Source of the DNA: a virus
Lineage: Duplodnaviria; Heunggongvirae; Uroviricota; Caudoviricetes
Virus record (IMG/VR): IMGVR_UViG_3300033074_000580
Coordinates: 223,270 to 287,269 of that record
Length of the DNA stretch: 64,000 nucleotides
Strand: one strand, 5' to 3'
Shown here: piece by piece, positions 9,666 to 19,381 of the stretch
Layout of the letters: each line of letters begins with the position of its first letter
Numbering within the stretch: position 1 is the stretch's first letter
Made by a program: the position numbers and the translations under genes
The notes under the pieces: generated by a model
What the model was told of the DNA's origin: nothing
What the model saw: only the letters and a program-made list of their open reading frames with translations
The model's database searches: none

Positions 9666-10690
9666 TATTTACCTTTTTTATAATCCGCAACAATGTCGCA
9701 ATAATTGCAATCCCAACATTGGAATTTACATTTCTTTATTTTATTTCTCCAACCGTCTAATTCGTCAGATGGTACACCATCCAAATATAATTTAGATGAG
9801 ACAGATAATGTTTCATTACCGGCAACATATCCTTTAACGATATCCATCGTTTCATCCAGTCTATTGAAACTATCTCTACCGTGCATTTTAAACACGTCAA
9901 TGTAGTTTAAAAATTCATCGTATTCCTTTTTGAATGGAGGAATTGTTGCCGCTTTAAAGAAAAATGCATTTATTTCTTTTTCCCATTTATATTCACAAGT
10001 TACTTTTGATATCTCATGTCTAAAGTATGGTAATTCATTATCCAATTTTAAATTATTATATGAGTAGTGTTCATCCATCATAGGACATCTTCCTAAACAA
10101 CCTTCATTGGTTAATAATGCAATTTTTACATATCTTCCGTGTTTTTGTTGAAATTGTAATTGAGCTCTTCGAATATTTTTCAATTCTTCAACATCTCTCA
10201 TTAAGATTCTATCGACATTGACATAATCAAATCCTTGTTCCGCGTTGTACCAGAAATCTTGAGCGGTTGCCACTTTTCTTAATATGGTATTCTTAACCTC
10301 CATATCGGGAAAATGATTTTTAATACCCATAGCAACCCAATGTGCGTGTGCTAAAGTGATACTTCTTAATCCCCTTTCATATAATGGTTTAAGATGTTCA
10401 ATAAACAATTTATAATTGTCAAACTTTGGGGATACATTGACATTATTAAATGTTGCACTAATTTTAATTCCTAACACATCTTGAATTTGAAATGCGTTTT
10501 CAATTACAACATCTCTGTCTTCTTGTTTGAATACTGTACCCATAGCATCTTGTGTAAATGGTGGTATTCTACAAGTGAAATAGATATCATAAATCCATTC
10601 TTTATATTCCTCTAAAAATGGTGCAAATTTACCAACGAAATCTTCTTCAGATAACATTGGATTTAATGGTATTGAAAATATTTTACTCAT
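9665..10690 (-). CDS. U32-family (so-called peptidase U32) Fe-S protein
   Basis: LLTNEGCLGRCP Cys motif, FKMHGR and C-terminal CKFQCWDCNYC cluster. Confidence 0.7.
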   Translation of the reverse strand: MSKIFSIPLNPMLSEEDFVGKFAPFLEEYKEWIYDIYFTCRIPPFTQDAMGTVFKQEDRDVVIENAFQIQDVLGIKISATFNNVNVSPKFDNYKLFIEHLKPLYERGLRSITLAHAHWVAMGIKNHFPDMEVKNTILRKVATAQDFWYNAEQGFDYVNVDRILMRDVEELKNIRRAQLQFQQKHGRYVKIALLTNEGCLGRCPMMDEHYSYNNLKLDNELPYFRHEISKVTCEYKWEKEINAFFFKAATIPPFKKEYDEFLNYIDVFKMHGRDSFNRLDETMDIVKGYVAGNETLSVSSKLYLDGVPSDELDGWRNKIKKCKFQCWDCNYCDIVADYKKGK

Positions 10691-11690
10691 GTTGACTTCC
10701 CTCTAAACATCCACCACAGATACCGTTACATAACGTCTTATAGAAATGACATTCTAAACAGTCTTTTGGTAATGTATAATTTTTATGATTTTCTTTATAT
10801 AATTTATCGAACTCTTGTCTTAATGCTAAGATATTACTTTCACCACTAATATCCAATACATTTTTTATTTTAACTTTATCCTCCAAAGGATAACAATGTA
10901 TCGAACTTCCATCGGGGAAAACATCTAATGGCATAAATCCACATATGGTGTCATATTCCGGTATTTTAAATGTTGCAAACCCTAACGAATTTTCCATGAC
11001 GGATTCAACAGTTTTACCTTCCCACAAACATGGAGGTACTTGACAATCAGATGTTATTTTAATGTCATTATATTTTCCAAATTTTAATATTTTAGTGATT
11101 TCAGAACCCATATCTTTATTATTAACAAGATATGTATTTGTTAAATCTAACCCAACTCTAATTGCGTTAATTTTACCATCTAATTGGTGGTATAACCATT
11201 TTATATATTCGTAGAAATTCTTTTCTTTCCAATTATTTGACATTGTAATGGCCAAATATAATCTTGGGTGATTATCGAATCCCCACGTATTCAAATAAGC
11301 GTCATATATTTCATTGTAATTCTTTTTGAATATAACCATTCGATTCTTCTCGTCTAATTCGGCCGCATTTGGAAATACCCATCTGATATGTCTAATGTTT
11401 TTTATAATAAATTCTCTTGTCGATTTACCAAATAAAAAATTACTAACTAAATTGATTTTCAAACCTTTAGATATAATATGATCAACTATTCCTGTAAAAT
11501 TAGAATGTTGTGTTGGTTCTCCTCCCAATATTGTAATTTCTTCTTTACTTTTATGAAGTTTGTAATGGTCAATTAGTTCATCTATTTTAGATAAAGTCAT
11601 TTCACCTAAAGTATGTTTGGTTCTTGCCTCTTCTTTAGTGAAACAAAAAGAACATCCTTTAGCACATGTACCATTTATAACAAAATTCAT
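10683..11690 (-). CDS. Radical SAM enzyme with C-terminal SPASM-like domain
   Basis: CAKGCSFC (CxxxCxxC), LGGEPT, and C-terminal HCYPL...CLECHFYKTLCNGICGGC. Confidence 0.9.
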   Translation of the reverse strand: MNFVINGTCAKGCSFCFTKEEARTKHTLGEMTLSKIDELIDHYKLHKSKEEITILGGEPTQHSNFTGIVDHIISKGLKINLVSNFLFGKSTREFIIKNIRHIRWVFPNAAELDEKNRMVIFKKNYNEIYDAYLNTWGFDNHPRLYLAITMSNNWKEKNFYEYIKWLYHQLDGKINAIRVGLDLTNTYLVNNKDMGSEITKILKFGKYNDIKITSDCQVPPCLWEGKTVESVMENSLGFATFKIPEYDTICGFMPLDVFPDGSSIHCYPLEDKVKIKNVLDISGESNILALRQEFDKLYKENHKNYTLPKDCLECHFYKTLCNGICGGCLEGSQHE

Positions 11691-12335
11691 CTAAACGTAT
11701 TTAAATTGTCTATTTTTGAGCCAATCAATGTTAGCATCAGGTTCATTGTTAATATCAAATGCAATTCCGACTCTTAAATCACCGTCCCATTTTTTAAACT
11801 CATGTTCAACATATGAGGAGAATATGGAAACTTCACCTGGTTTGTTTTCCAAATCGACAACATTGATACTACTATCAAATATACTGATTTTTTTATTCTT
11901 AAACAAAAAAGTGGTGTATGTTTTTTCTGAAGAATATAGAAAACAATGTCCACTTACCGCATATGGGAATTTTTTAAGACTGATATTGTCCATATGCTTA
12001 TGTAATCCAAGATAATCTCCCTTTCTAAAAATATTTGCCCACATTTTTATGTAAAAATTTTCCCATCCGAAAGTATTGAATATCAATTCTTTAATTTTTA
12101 ATATCAAAGTTTCAGTTTCTTCGATTTCTAAATCTAATAAATTATAATATGTGTGGTAATTTGTAACATTACCTTGATTGACGATTTTCATTGGCAATTT
12201 ACTTCCATCGTCAAGTCCCTTAATGTAAGATTCCCTTTCCAATATTTTATTAGAAAGGGAATTTGTTGTTGTAGAATCAATAAAATCTGATATTATGATA
12301 CCATATTCATACGTTTCTAAATAATTTTCAACCAT
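11691..12335 (-). CDS. 2OG-Fe(II) oxygenase-like protein
   Basis: WANIFRKGDYLGLHKH, FSSYVEH and RVGIAFD, the typical phage HxH...H...R pattern. Confidence 0.75.
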   Translation of the reverse strand: MVENYLETYEYGIIISDFIDSTTTNSLSNKILERESYIKGLDDGSKLPMKIVNQGNVTNYHTYYNLLDLEIEETETLILKIKELIFNTFGWENFYIKMWANIFRKGDYLGLHKHMDNISLKKFPYAVSGHCFLYSSEKTYTTFLFKNKKISIFDSSINVVDLENKPGEVSIFSSYVEHEFKKWDGDLRVGIAFDINNEPDANIDWLKNRQFKYV

Positions 12336-12336
12336 A

Positions 12337-13077
12337 TTAGAAATCCATAGTTAACGTCAGCGGTGAAGTTGGTACATTTTCATCTTGTTGTTGTTGGTAA
12401 CTCATACTAACACCAAATTTTTCATGTTTTAATCTATGGCAATCTGGTATAGTTTGACAAGCTTTAACTCGTTGTTCTAATTGTTGTTGTTCAACAAGTA
12501 AATTTGCCAATTTAATTTTATACGATTCGACGTTTGTTAAAATTTTATTTACCAATGTTTCTCTTGTAATATTTCTACCTGCAGCTAAAATATCAATTAA
12601 AGGTGTTGATGTGGTATTATCTAATTGATATGCCAACGCTTCTCTTTTTTGTTCTTCCCATGTTGCCATTTCCAAATCTGACGCATCGACAATAAGATTT
12701 TTCATTCTTTCTGAAAATCTATCGGCAATTACTTTTAACATAACAAATTTGTTAAATTTAACACCCAATTCTCTATCTTCATTTGTTAAAAAGTATTTAA
12801 CTTTTTCAGATTCCGTTTCACCTGAATTTGCAAATTGTGGGAATTCATCAATAATGTGTGAATTAGTTCGTATTGAAACGTAGTCTTTATAGATATCCGC
12901 AAAAAGATAACCTCTTGCAAATTCTTCAGGAACAACAACTGCGTTCATCTTTTTTAATTCAACTCTATTATCATCATATTCATCAGGAATTCTACCAACG
13001 GTGTAGTTCAAATAACTACCCAATTTAATCACATAACCTGGTGACTCAATACTCATTTTAAAAATAATATGTTTCAT
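12337..13077 (-). CDS. Hypothetical protein with tail-fibre-assembly-like C-terminal helical region
   Basis: TWEEQKREALAY...TPLIDILAAGRNITRETLVNKI resembles fibre-associated chaperone segments of phages. Confidence 0.45.
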   Translation of the reverse strand: MKHIIFKMSIESPGYVIKLGSYLNYTVGRIPDEYDDNRVELKKMNAVVVPEEFARGYLFADIYKDYVSIRTNSHIIDEFPQFANSGETESEKVKYFLTNEDRELGVKFNKFVMLKVIADRFSERMKNLIVDASDLEMATWEEQKREALAYQLDNTTSTPLIDILAAGRNITRETLVNKILTNVESYKIKLANLLVEQQQLEQRVKACQTIPDCHRLKHEKFGVSMSYQQQQDENVPTSPLTLTMDF

Positions 13078-13841
13078 TATAATAATTTTTCATTTAAATC
13101 ATCATTAGCTGTACCAATTTTAAATTGGTCTTTTAATTGCCCATCAATTAAAGTTTGGTTTGTTGCCGCCATACCCATCAAAGTGTTTATATTTCTATCG
13201 ATAGTAACAGTATACGATGATGCCAATGCCATAACTTCTTTTTGTTGTTCAGGTGACATCATTAAAATTGAATCTAAATTACCGGTACCGACTCTACCAT
13301 ATGAAATCATATCCAACATCGCTTGTTTAGCCATACGAACACTCCAATACTCTTTTTCATATTTGTCCTCAAGTAATTGATTGTTGAATATTTCCATTAG
13401 AGATGTACCATCAGGTAATTTACCATCCTCACTTTCAAGAAAATCTCTAATTAAATCAATAAAAATTTGTCTTTCTCTATATGCATCTTTTAAATTTCTA
13501 TTGTATTTTCTCAAATCAATGTGCATATCTTTAATTGCCAATTCAACTAATTCTCTTTTTAATGGTTCCGTAATATATTCTATTTTCTCATGTTCTAATT
13601 CAATTTCAATTTCTTTTTTACGTTTAAGATATTCCATATGTTCCGCGGCATCTTCTCTCGTTCTCAATTCCATTAACCATTGTCTTAATTTAGCGTATGG
13701 TGTAATTTGAGAACCTCCTACGAAATTTTCAGCCTTGTACTTTGGTAATGCAAAACTTAATCCTTCAGCAATTTCTAATAATTTCTTGTCTTCATCACTT
13801 AAATTGTGTGATATTCTTTCGTATTCGAATTTCTTTTCCAT
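13077..13841 (-). CDS. Hypothetical coiled-coil protein
   Basis: Long charged heptad-like helical segment; clean ORF. Confidence 0.7.
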   Translation of the reverse strand: MEKKFEYERISHNLSDEDKKLLEIAEGLSFALPKYKAENFVGGSQITPYAKLRQWLMELRTREDAAEHMEYLKRKKEIEIELEHEKIEYITEPLKRELVELAIKDMHIDLRKYNRNLKDAYRERQIFIDLIRDFLESEDGKLPDGTSLMEIFNNQLLEDKYEKEYWSVRMAKQAMLDMISYGRVGTGNLDSILMMSPEQQKEVMALASSYTVTIDRNINTLMGMAATNQTLIDGQLKDQFKIGTANDDLNEKLL

Positions 13842-13854
13842 ATTTTTTTATTTA

Positions 13855-13883
13855 AATATAATTAAAAATATTGATAAAATCAA
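13855..13883 (-). promoter_or_regulatory. Sigma70-like promoter TTGATT-N17-TATATT upstream of the 254-aa gene
   Basis: Lies in the intergenic gap with a 17-bp spacer, 13 nt before the ATG. Confidence 0.5.
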
Positions 13884-13888
13884 GTTAA

Positions 13889-14998
13889 TTATGCTCTCCA
13901 CCCACATGTGCCTGAAGATGTTCCCGCATTTACACCTGGAGCTAAACCTTGTACACTATTTGAACCTGTATCACTTGCATAATAGAATTTCCAACTTGTA
14001 TTGTTTTGTCCTGTTCCATCATAATTTCCAAGCATGTATTGCCAATCTTGTCCCATTGTGAAGTTTTCCTCACCACAGTTAGCGTGTGGTTTAGCAACAG
14101 TACCGATATTCGTATCATTAGATGTTGTCCATCTTCTTAAATTATATCCACCATTGTATGAACCTTCATTACCCGCATATCCTTTACCTACTTTTGAACT
14201 AATACCTTTTTGTTGTCCATGTGCACCCCATACCGAACCGTTTGAGAATGTTTCGGTGGAAAATGAGAATTTTACACCATTACCCGAATTATATGCATAA
14301 CCGTTGTTCTCATCTGAAAACGCAGACGCACCTTCACTAGAGTTAAAAGAGGTTAAATTAAATCCTGTTATGTTTGTTTCATTTGCAAGATTAAATTTCT
14401 CAACGGATGTGGTACCTCCTGCAACAATATAAGCCATCTCAGTTTCTTTAAACATAACAGCCAAATCCGATCTAGCATTAAATAAATTGAATTTAGTTTG
14501 ATTGGCATATCCAGTATCATTTGACATGTTTACGGCCGAGGTGTATGTTCCATGAACAGTATCTGGACCTTTCCATGCATTATCACTATTAGATGAAAAC
14601 ACAAATAATATTGTTTTACTACACGCACCCTTAGTGTAACTTACGGGATAATCTAACAATTGACCAACGTGTGAAGTTTGGTCTGTTGCTGCCACCGTTT
14701 TATGTACATTTTTCCATGGTGACGAATCTTTATAACCTCCAGCCAAATATCCATAGGCAATAATTTGACGATATTTAAAGGCCAAGTTTGCACTTTGTTG
14801 TGATGATATTCTTTCCCATCCATCGTCATTATTTGATATTGCTGTGTATACCATCATATAACTTCCACTAGGTGAAGTTTCTAAAAATAAAGACCCAATT
14901 GCTGGACTTGTTGGTCTATTTGCTCTTGTGTTCTTCGGACCGGCAATAATTTGTGCCGCTCTTAAAGACCCACTTACTTCCATATTTTCGTATATCAT
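13889..14998 (-). CDS. Virion-type beta-propeller-like repeat protein (paralog A)
   Basis: GYLAGGYKDSSPWK and Gly/aromatic blade-like repeats; clearly paralogous to 15015-16157, both ending CGWRA. Confidence 0.55.
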   Translation of the reverse strand: MIYENMEVSGSLRAAQIIAGPKNTRANRPTSPAIGSLFLETSPSGSYMMVYTAISNNDDGWERISSQQSANLAFKYRQIIAYGYLAGGYKDSSPWKNVHKTVAATDQTSHVGQLLDYPVSYTKGACSKTILFVFSSNSDNAWKGPDTVHGTYTSAVNMSNDTGYANQTKFNLFNARSDLAVMFKETEMAYIVAGGTTSVEKFNLANETNITGFNLTSFNSSEGASAFSDENNGYAYNSGNGVKFSFSTETFSNGSVWGAHGQQKGISSKVGKGYAGNEGSYNGGYNLRRWTTSNDTNIGTVAKPHANCGEENFTMGQDWQYMLGNYDGTGQNNTSWKFYYASDTGSNSVQGLAPGVNAGTSSGTCGWRA

Positions 14999-15014
14999 AT
15001 TTTATAAATATTTT

Positions 15015-16157
15015 CTATGCTCTCCATCCACAATGACCTGATGACATCCCACCGTGTGTTGTTGGATTTAAACCGGAAACGCTTGACGAACCGCTATCGG
15101 TTGCGTAGTAGAATTTCCAACTACCGTTATTTTGTGTGCCATCATAGTTACCTATCATATATTGATGGTCTTGTCCCATTGTAAAATTTTCTTCTCCACA
15201 ATTAGGGTAAGGTTTTGCCACATTACCAATATTTGATTCCGTAGCATAATCCCATCTTCTTAAATTGTATCCACCATTATATGTCCCCTCATTACCGGCA
15301 TATCCTTTACCTACTTTTGAACTAATACCTTTTTGTTGTCCACTAGCACCCCATTGCTGTTTAACAGATATGGTATCTGTTGCAAAAAATAACTTCATAC
15401 CACTTTCCGAACCATAACCGTAACCATAATTTTCGTCCGAAAATCCCGCACAACCTAATGAACTGGTGATTGATGATGTCATCGTAATGTATGGTGCGGC
15501 ATTTGGGTAATAGTTGGAATACATTGTTTCGTTTGTAAAATTAAACTTCTCAACCGCAGCCACCGAACCACCAAATATCCACGCAAATAAACCTTCTTGA
15601 AACAATGTTCCCATTTGGTCTCTAGCATTTGCCAAATCCCATTTTGATTGGTGAGCATATGCTGTTTCATTAACCATGTCGATTCCCGTTGTATATGTAC
15701 CGTGAACTTCCGTTGCCGATTTCCATAAGTTATCTGTATTAACTGACCACATAAATAATTTAGTTGGACTACATCCACCTGATGAGTATGATGATGGATA
15801 ATCCATCAAATCACCCACACTAACTGTTTGGTCTGTTGCGTTGATTGTTCTTTGTACTGTTTTCCATGGTGATGCATCTTTATAACCACCGGCAGTATAT
15901 GAGGTACTAATAATTTGTCTATATTTGAAAGCAATTCTTGAATCATCTTGACTACCAATAGGTTCCCAACCGTTATCAATATTGTTAATTCCATTATAAA
16001 CCATAATGACACTACCACTTGAAGACGTTTCAAGATACAATGAACCTGTATCAGGTGTAGATGGTCGACCACTTCTTGGACCTGCGGGTACAATTAACTG
16101 ACCTTTTATACTTCCTACAGTTAATGACCCACTTTGAACAACGTTTTCTCTTATCAT
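15015..16157 (-). CDS. Virion-type beta-propeller-like repeat protein (paralog B)
   Basis: SYTAGGYKDASPWK; shares QQKGISSKVGKGYAGNEG and NCGEENFTMGQD with paralog A. Confidence 0.55.
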   Translation of the reverse strand: MIRENVVQSGSLTVGSIKGQLIVPAGPRSGRPSTPDTGSLYLETSSSGSVIMVYNGINNIDNGWEPIGSQDDSRIAFKYRQIISTSYTAGGYKDASPWKTVQRTINATDQTVSVGDLMDYPSSYSSGGCSPTKLFMWSVNTDNLWKSATEVHGTYTTGIDMVNETAYAHQSKWDLANARDQMGTLFQEGLFAWIFGGSVAAVEKFNFTNETMYSNYYPNAAPYITMTSSITSSLGCAGFSDENYGYGYGSESGMKLFFATDTISVKQQWGASGQQKGISSKVGKGYAGNEGTYNGGYNLRRWDYATESNIGNVAKPYPNCGEENFTMGQDHQYMIGNYDGTQNNGSWKFYYATDSGSSSVSGLNPTTHGGMSSGHCGWRA

Positions 16158-16163
16158 ATATAA

Positions 16164-16192
16164 AATATACCAAAATTAACCGATAATTACAA
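16164..16192 (-). promoter_or_regulatory. Sigma70-like promoter TTGTAA-N17-TATATT upstream of the 380-aa gene
   Basis: 17-bp spacer, 6 nt before the ATG; the -35 box overlaps the end of the upstream gene. Confidence 0.4.
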
Positions 16193-19100
16193 CCCTTCCT
16201 GTTCTCGATGTTGTAAAAGTTATATCAACAACATTCACCGATGTTGTTACAATTGATGATGGCCAGAACATATTATCACTACTATCATAAACGAATACCG
16301 CAACATCTTTACTACCTAAATTATGTGTAACTGATACTGACGATACGTTACTGAAAGTTGTTGAATATTTTGTGGATAATTTTTTCCAACTTGTCCATGT
16401 TCCACTATTTTTACCTCTTACCCAAACTTGACCTGAACGATAATCACCGTAAAATTGATGTTGCCAACTTGAATTATATGCTTGGCCATACAACGCACCG
16501 TCTGATGCATTTCCAGATGGATTACCTGATGAACCATCAATATTTGTTACATAACCAACTACGTTAGCATCTACACTATTGGCATTCAATCCGTTATTTG
16601 AATTTGTATTAACAAAATCAACTCCATCGATTTGATTTGCACTTGTTGCTGTTGATGCATTACCCGATAAAGCACCTGAGAAGGTTGGGGCGGTGATAGT
16701 ACCTGTTGAGGTTATATCTCCGTTATCCATGTCCATAATAACCCTATTAGTACCTCCACCAACAAATCTAAATTCATTACCTGTTCCGTACCATCTTAGT
16801 CCCCATGCATTTGCTGCAGTTGCGTGTGATGGATAATAATCTTCAGAAATACCCCATAAATCAACGTCTAAATCACCTGTTGCTGCGGAAATGAAACCTC
16901 CTGATAAAATAGGTCTATTAGCAATTTCACTAGGGAATGTTTTTTGTCCCGTTATTGTTTCATCACCTGCCTTTGCAACATATAATGCCGCTGATGGTGA
17001 CGTACCTGAACTACCACTAGAACCTGAAGAACCTGACGTTCCACTTGTACCTGAAGTACCATTTATCCCTGATGTTCCTGAGCTACCAGAAGAACCTGAT
17101 GAACCACTTGTTCCTGAACTTCCACTAGACCCTGATGTACCAGATGAACCGCTAGAACCTGAAGTTCCACTTGTTCCTGAAGAACCACTAGACCCCGAAC
17201 TACCTGATGTACCACTAGAACCTGAAGTTCCGCTTGTACCAGACGTACCACTAGAACCTGAACTACCACTTGTTCCACTACTTCCCGAACTACCAGATGT
17301 ACCTGAACTACCATTACTTCCAGAACTACCAGATGTACCCGCAGTTCCACTACTTCCTGAAGAGCCACTAGTTCCCGATGTTCCTGATGAACCTGAACTA
17401 CCTGACGTACCACTGGTTCCTGAAGAGCCCGAGCTACCTGAAGTTCCACTTGTTCCTGAAGAACCTGAACTACCTGATGTACCACTTGTACCGGAACTTC
17501 CACTACTTCCTGAACTACCGGATGTACCAGATGAACCCGAACTACCTGACGTACCACTGGTTCCTGAAGAGCCGGAACTACCTGAAGTACCACTTGTACC
17601 GGAAGTTCCGCTTGTACCCGAAGTTCCACTAGTACCTGATGTTGCTGCCGTATATGAACTACCGTTAATATATAATGAACCCGTTACTGATAAACTACCC
17701 GACACACCAATTGCACCACCACTTTCTGAAATTATCGAATCTCCAATGTGATCACCACCAATTGATTTTGGAATTTTACCGCTGGTTAATGTTTGTTCTT
17801 CACCTAATGAACCCGTATTTCTCGGACCCATTATTAACATCGCACCGTTATAGTTAGAACCACTAGCATTTTGATAAACCCATCTATTATTTAAACTATC
17901 CCACGATAAAGACGCTGTTGCAGTTGAACTACCGCTATCGTATACTTTAATACCTCCAAATCTTTCAGATGGTTCATTTACGTTTACTGATATGTAAGAT
18001 GTTAAAACATTTAATTGTGATGATGTTACATATGTTATTGATGATGAACCCAATACAGTTAAGTCTTGAGTTACCCATAATGAACCTGTTATATATTGAT
18101 TTCCTACTAATTTTAAATTGTTACCATCAAATGTTAAATTTGATTCGACAGTTACATTTGGTGAACTTCCATCTAAAGTAAGAAGTCCGTTATCTTGTGT
18201 TCCTGTCATGGTTACGGTACCTGAAGAACCGCTTGACCCGGATGTTCCTGAAGTTCCAGATGTTCCGCTAGACCCTGAGCTACCACTTGTTCCCGATGAA
18301 CCACTAGAACCTGACGTTCCCGAAGAACCACTAGAACCCGACGTTCCACTTGTTCCAGAAGTTCCACTAGAACCTGAGGTACCACTACTACCAGATGAAC
18401 CACTGGTTCCTGAAGTTCCACTAGAACCGGATGAACCTGACGTTCCACTTGTTCCACTACTTCCTGAACTACCTGATGTGCCACTTGTACCCGAAGAACC
18501 GGATGTACCACTAGACCCTGAACTACCTGATGTTCCTGAAGTACCTGAAGAACCATCACTTCCTGAAGTGCCGCTAGTACCTGCGGTTCCGCTAGACCCT
18601 GAGCTTCCACTCGTACCTGATGTACCTGAACTACCGCTAGAACCTGAAGTACCAGATGTACCTGAACTACCACTAGAACCCGAAGAACCACTTGTTCCTG
18701 AAGAACCGCTTGACCCCGAAGTTCCAGATGTTCCGCTTGTACCTGAAGAACCGCTAGACCCTGATGTACCTGAACTACCACTAGAACCCGATGTGCCCGA
18801 TGAACCCGAACTACCGCTCGTACCTGAAGTTCCACTAGAACCAGATGAACCTGATGTTCCACTACTTCCTGAACTACCAGATGTTCCTGACGTACCACTT
18901 GTTCCGGATGTTGCGGCGTTATATGATGTACCGTTAATAACAACGTCACCCGTCACATAAATTGAACCGGTAACAAACGTATCATCGTTTATCCTTAATC
19001 CAACACCATCATAAATTTGTGCGTTGGTATTTCCGTCTGAAATCTTATTTAATTGTAATCCTGTTACACCACTTGCAGGTATGTTATATAAACCATTACC

Positions 19101-19325
19101 ATCACCTCTAAAACTACCGGTAAATGAACCGGTGTTATATGATGATGTAAAATCGTTAAACGATGTGGTTAATGTGTAGTTAGCAGCATGTGATGCGGAT
19201 ATTGCATTTGATGTCGTACCACTAATTACGGCATTTATAATACCGTCAACCGTTAAATCTCCCGCAATGTGACTATCTCCTGCAACTTCGAGTGAACCCG
19301 ATATTATGGCGTCAAAAATATTCAT
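16176..19325 (-). CDS. Tail-fibre-like protein (1049 aa) with two Gly-(Ser/Thr)-Ser repeat blocks and a pyocin-knob-like C-terminal region
   Basis: (SG[TS])n blocks, QFYGDYRSGQVWVRGKNSGTWTSWKKL knob-type motif and a terminal THNLG module. Confidence 0.75.
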   Translation of the reverse strand: MNIFDAIISGSLEVAGDSHIAGDLTVDGIINAVISGTTSNAISASHAANYTLTTSFNDFTSSYNTGSFTGSFRGDGNGLYNIPASGVTGLQLNKISDGNTNAQIYDGVGLRINDDTFVTGSIYVTGDVVINGTSYNAATSGTSGTSGTSGSSGSSGTSGSSGSSGTSGTSGSSGSSGTSGSSGSSGTSGSSGSSGTSGTSGTSGSSGSSGTSGSSGSSGSSGTSGTSGSSGSSGTSGTSGSSGSSGTAGTSGTSGSDGSSGTSGTSGSSGSSGTSGSSGTSGTSGSSGSSGTSGTSGSSGSSGTSGTSGSSGSSGTSGSSGTSGTSGTSGSSGSSGTSGSSGSSGTSGSSGSSGTSGTSGTSGSSGSSGTVTMTGTQDNGLLTLDGSSPNVTVESNLTFDGNNLKLVGNQYITGSLWVTQDLTVLGSSSITYVTSSQLNVLTSYISVNVNEPSERFGGIKVYDSGSSTATASLSWDSLNNRWVYQNASGSNYNGAMLIMGPRNTGSLGEEQTLTSGKIPKSIGGDHIGDSIISESGGAIGVSGSLSVTGSLYINGSSYTAATSGTSGTSGTSGTSGTSGTSGSSGSSGTSGTSGSSGSSGTSGSSGSSGSSGTSGTSGSSGSSGTSGTSGSSGSSGTSGTSGSSGSSGTSGTSGSSGSSGTAGTSGSSGSNGSSGTSGSSGSSGTSGSSGSSGTSGTSGTSGSSGTSGSSGSSGSSGTSGTSGSSGSSGTSGSSGSSGTSGSSGSSGSSGTSGINGTSGTSGTSGSSGSSGSSGTSPSAALYVAKAGDETITGQKTFPSEIANRPILSGGFISAATGDLDVDLWGISEDYYPSHATAANAWGLRWYGTGNEFRFVGGGTNRVIMDMDNGDITSTGTITAPTFSGALSGNASTATSANQIDGVDFVNTNSNNGLNANSVDANVVGYVTNIDGSSGNPSGNASDGALYGQAYNSSWQHQFYGDYRSGQVWVRGKNSGTWTSWKKLSTKYSTTFSNVSSVSVTHNLGSKDVAVFVYDSSDNMFWPSSIVTTSVNVVDITFTTSRTGRVVIIG
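16998..17639 (-). repeat. Gly-X-Y (G-S/T-S) coding repeat block, about 71 triplets
   Basis: Gly at every third residue, read from the translation. Confidence 0.95.
18216..18908 (-). repeat. Gly-X-Y (G-S/T-S) coding repeat block, about 77 triplets
   Basis: Gly at every third residue; rare Ala/Asp substitutions only at the Y position. Confidence 0.95.
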
Positions 19326-19346
19326 CTAATATAATGTTATACTTAG

Positions 19347-19354
19347 ATAAATAC
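19347..19354 (-). promoter_or_regulatory. GTATTTAT motif upstream of the fibre gene (candidate late promoter)
   Basis: The same 8-mer recurs at 33380, 57643 and 62953, each about 18-37 nt upstream of an ATG on the coding strand. Confidence 0.55.
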
Positions 19355-19381
19355 TTGATTATTTGTATCTAAAACGGAAAA

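Noticed and set aside
9665-10690. Calling the U32 protein a collagenase acting on the collagen-like fibres
   Set aside because: The protease label for U32 is historical; characterised members are Fe-S hydroxylation proteins, and nothing in the sequence supports proteolysis.
13889-16157. Stop-codon reassignment (TAG or TGA recoding, common in some large phages)
   Set aside because: The paralogs end CGWRA-TAA and CGWRA-TAG at the same position, TGA stops form regular ATGA overlaps, and ORFs are full length in the standard code.
13889-16157. Diversity-generating retroelement template/variable repeat pair
   Set aside because: Both copies are full coding paralogs, differences are not adenine-specific, and no reverse transcriptase is present in the window.
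16891-18960. Long antisense and alternate-frame ORFs over the repeats (PLVPEEP... and VQVVHQ... proteins; also 54198-55367, 56014-57062, 60645-62266)
   Set aside because: They are shadows of the Gly-Ser/Thr codon pattern, which lacks stops in other frames. They start and end with the repeat blocks and have no independent features.
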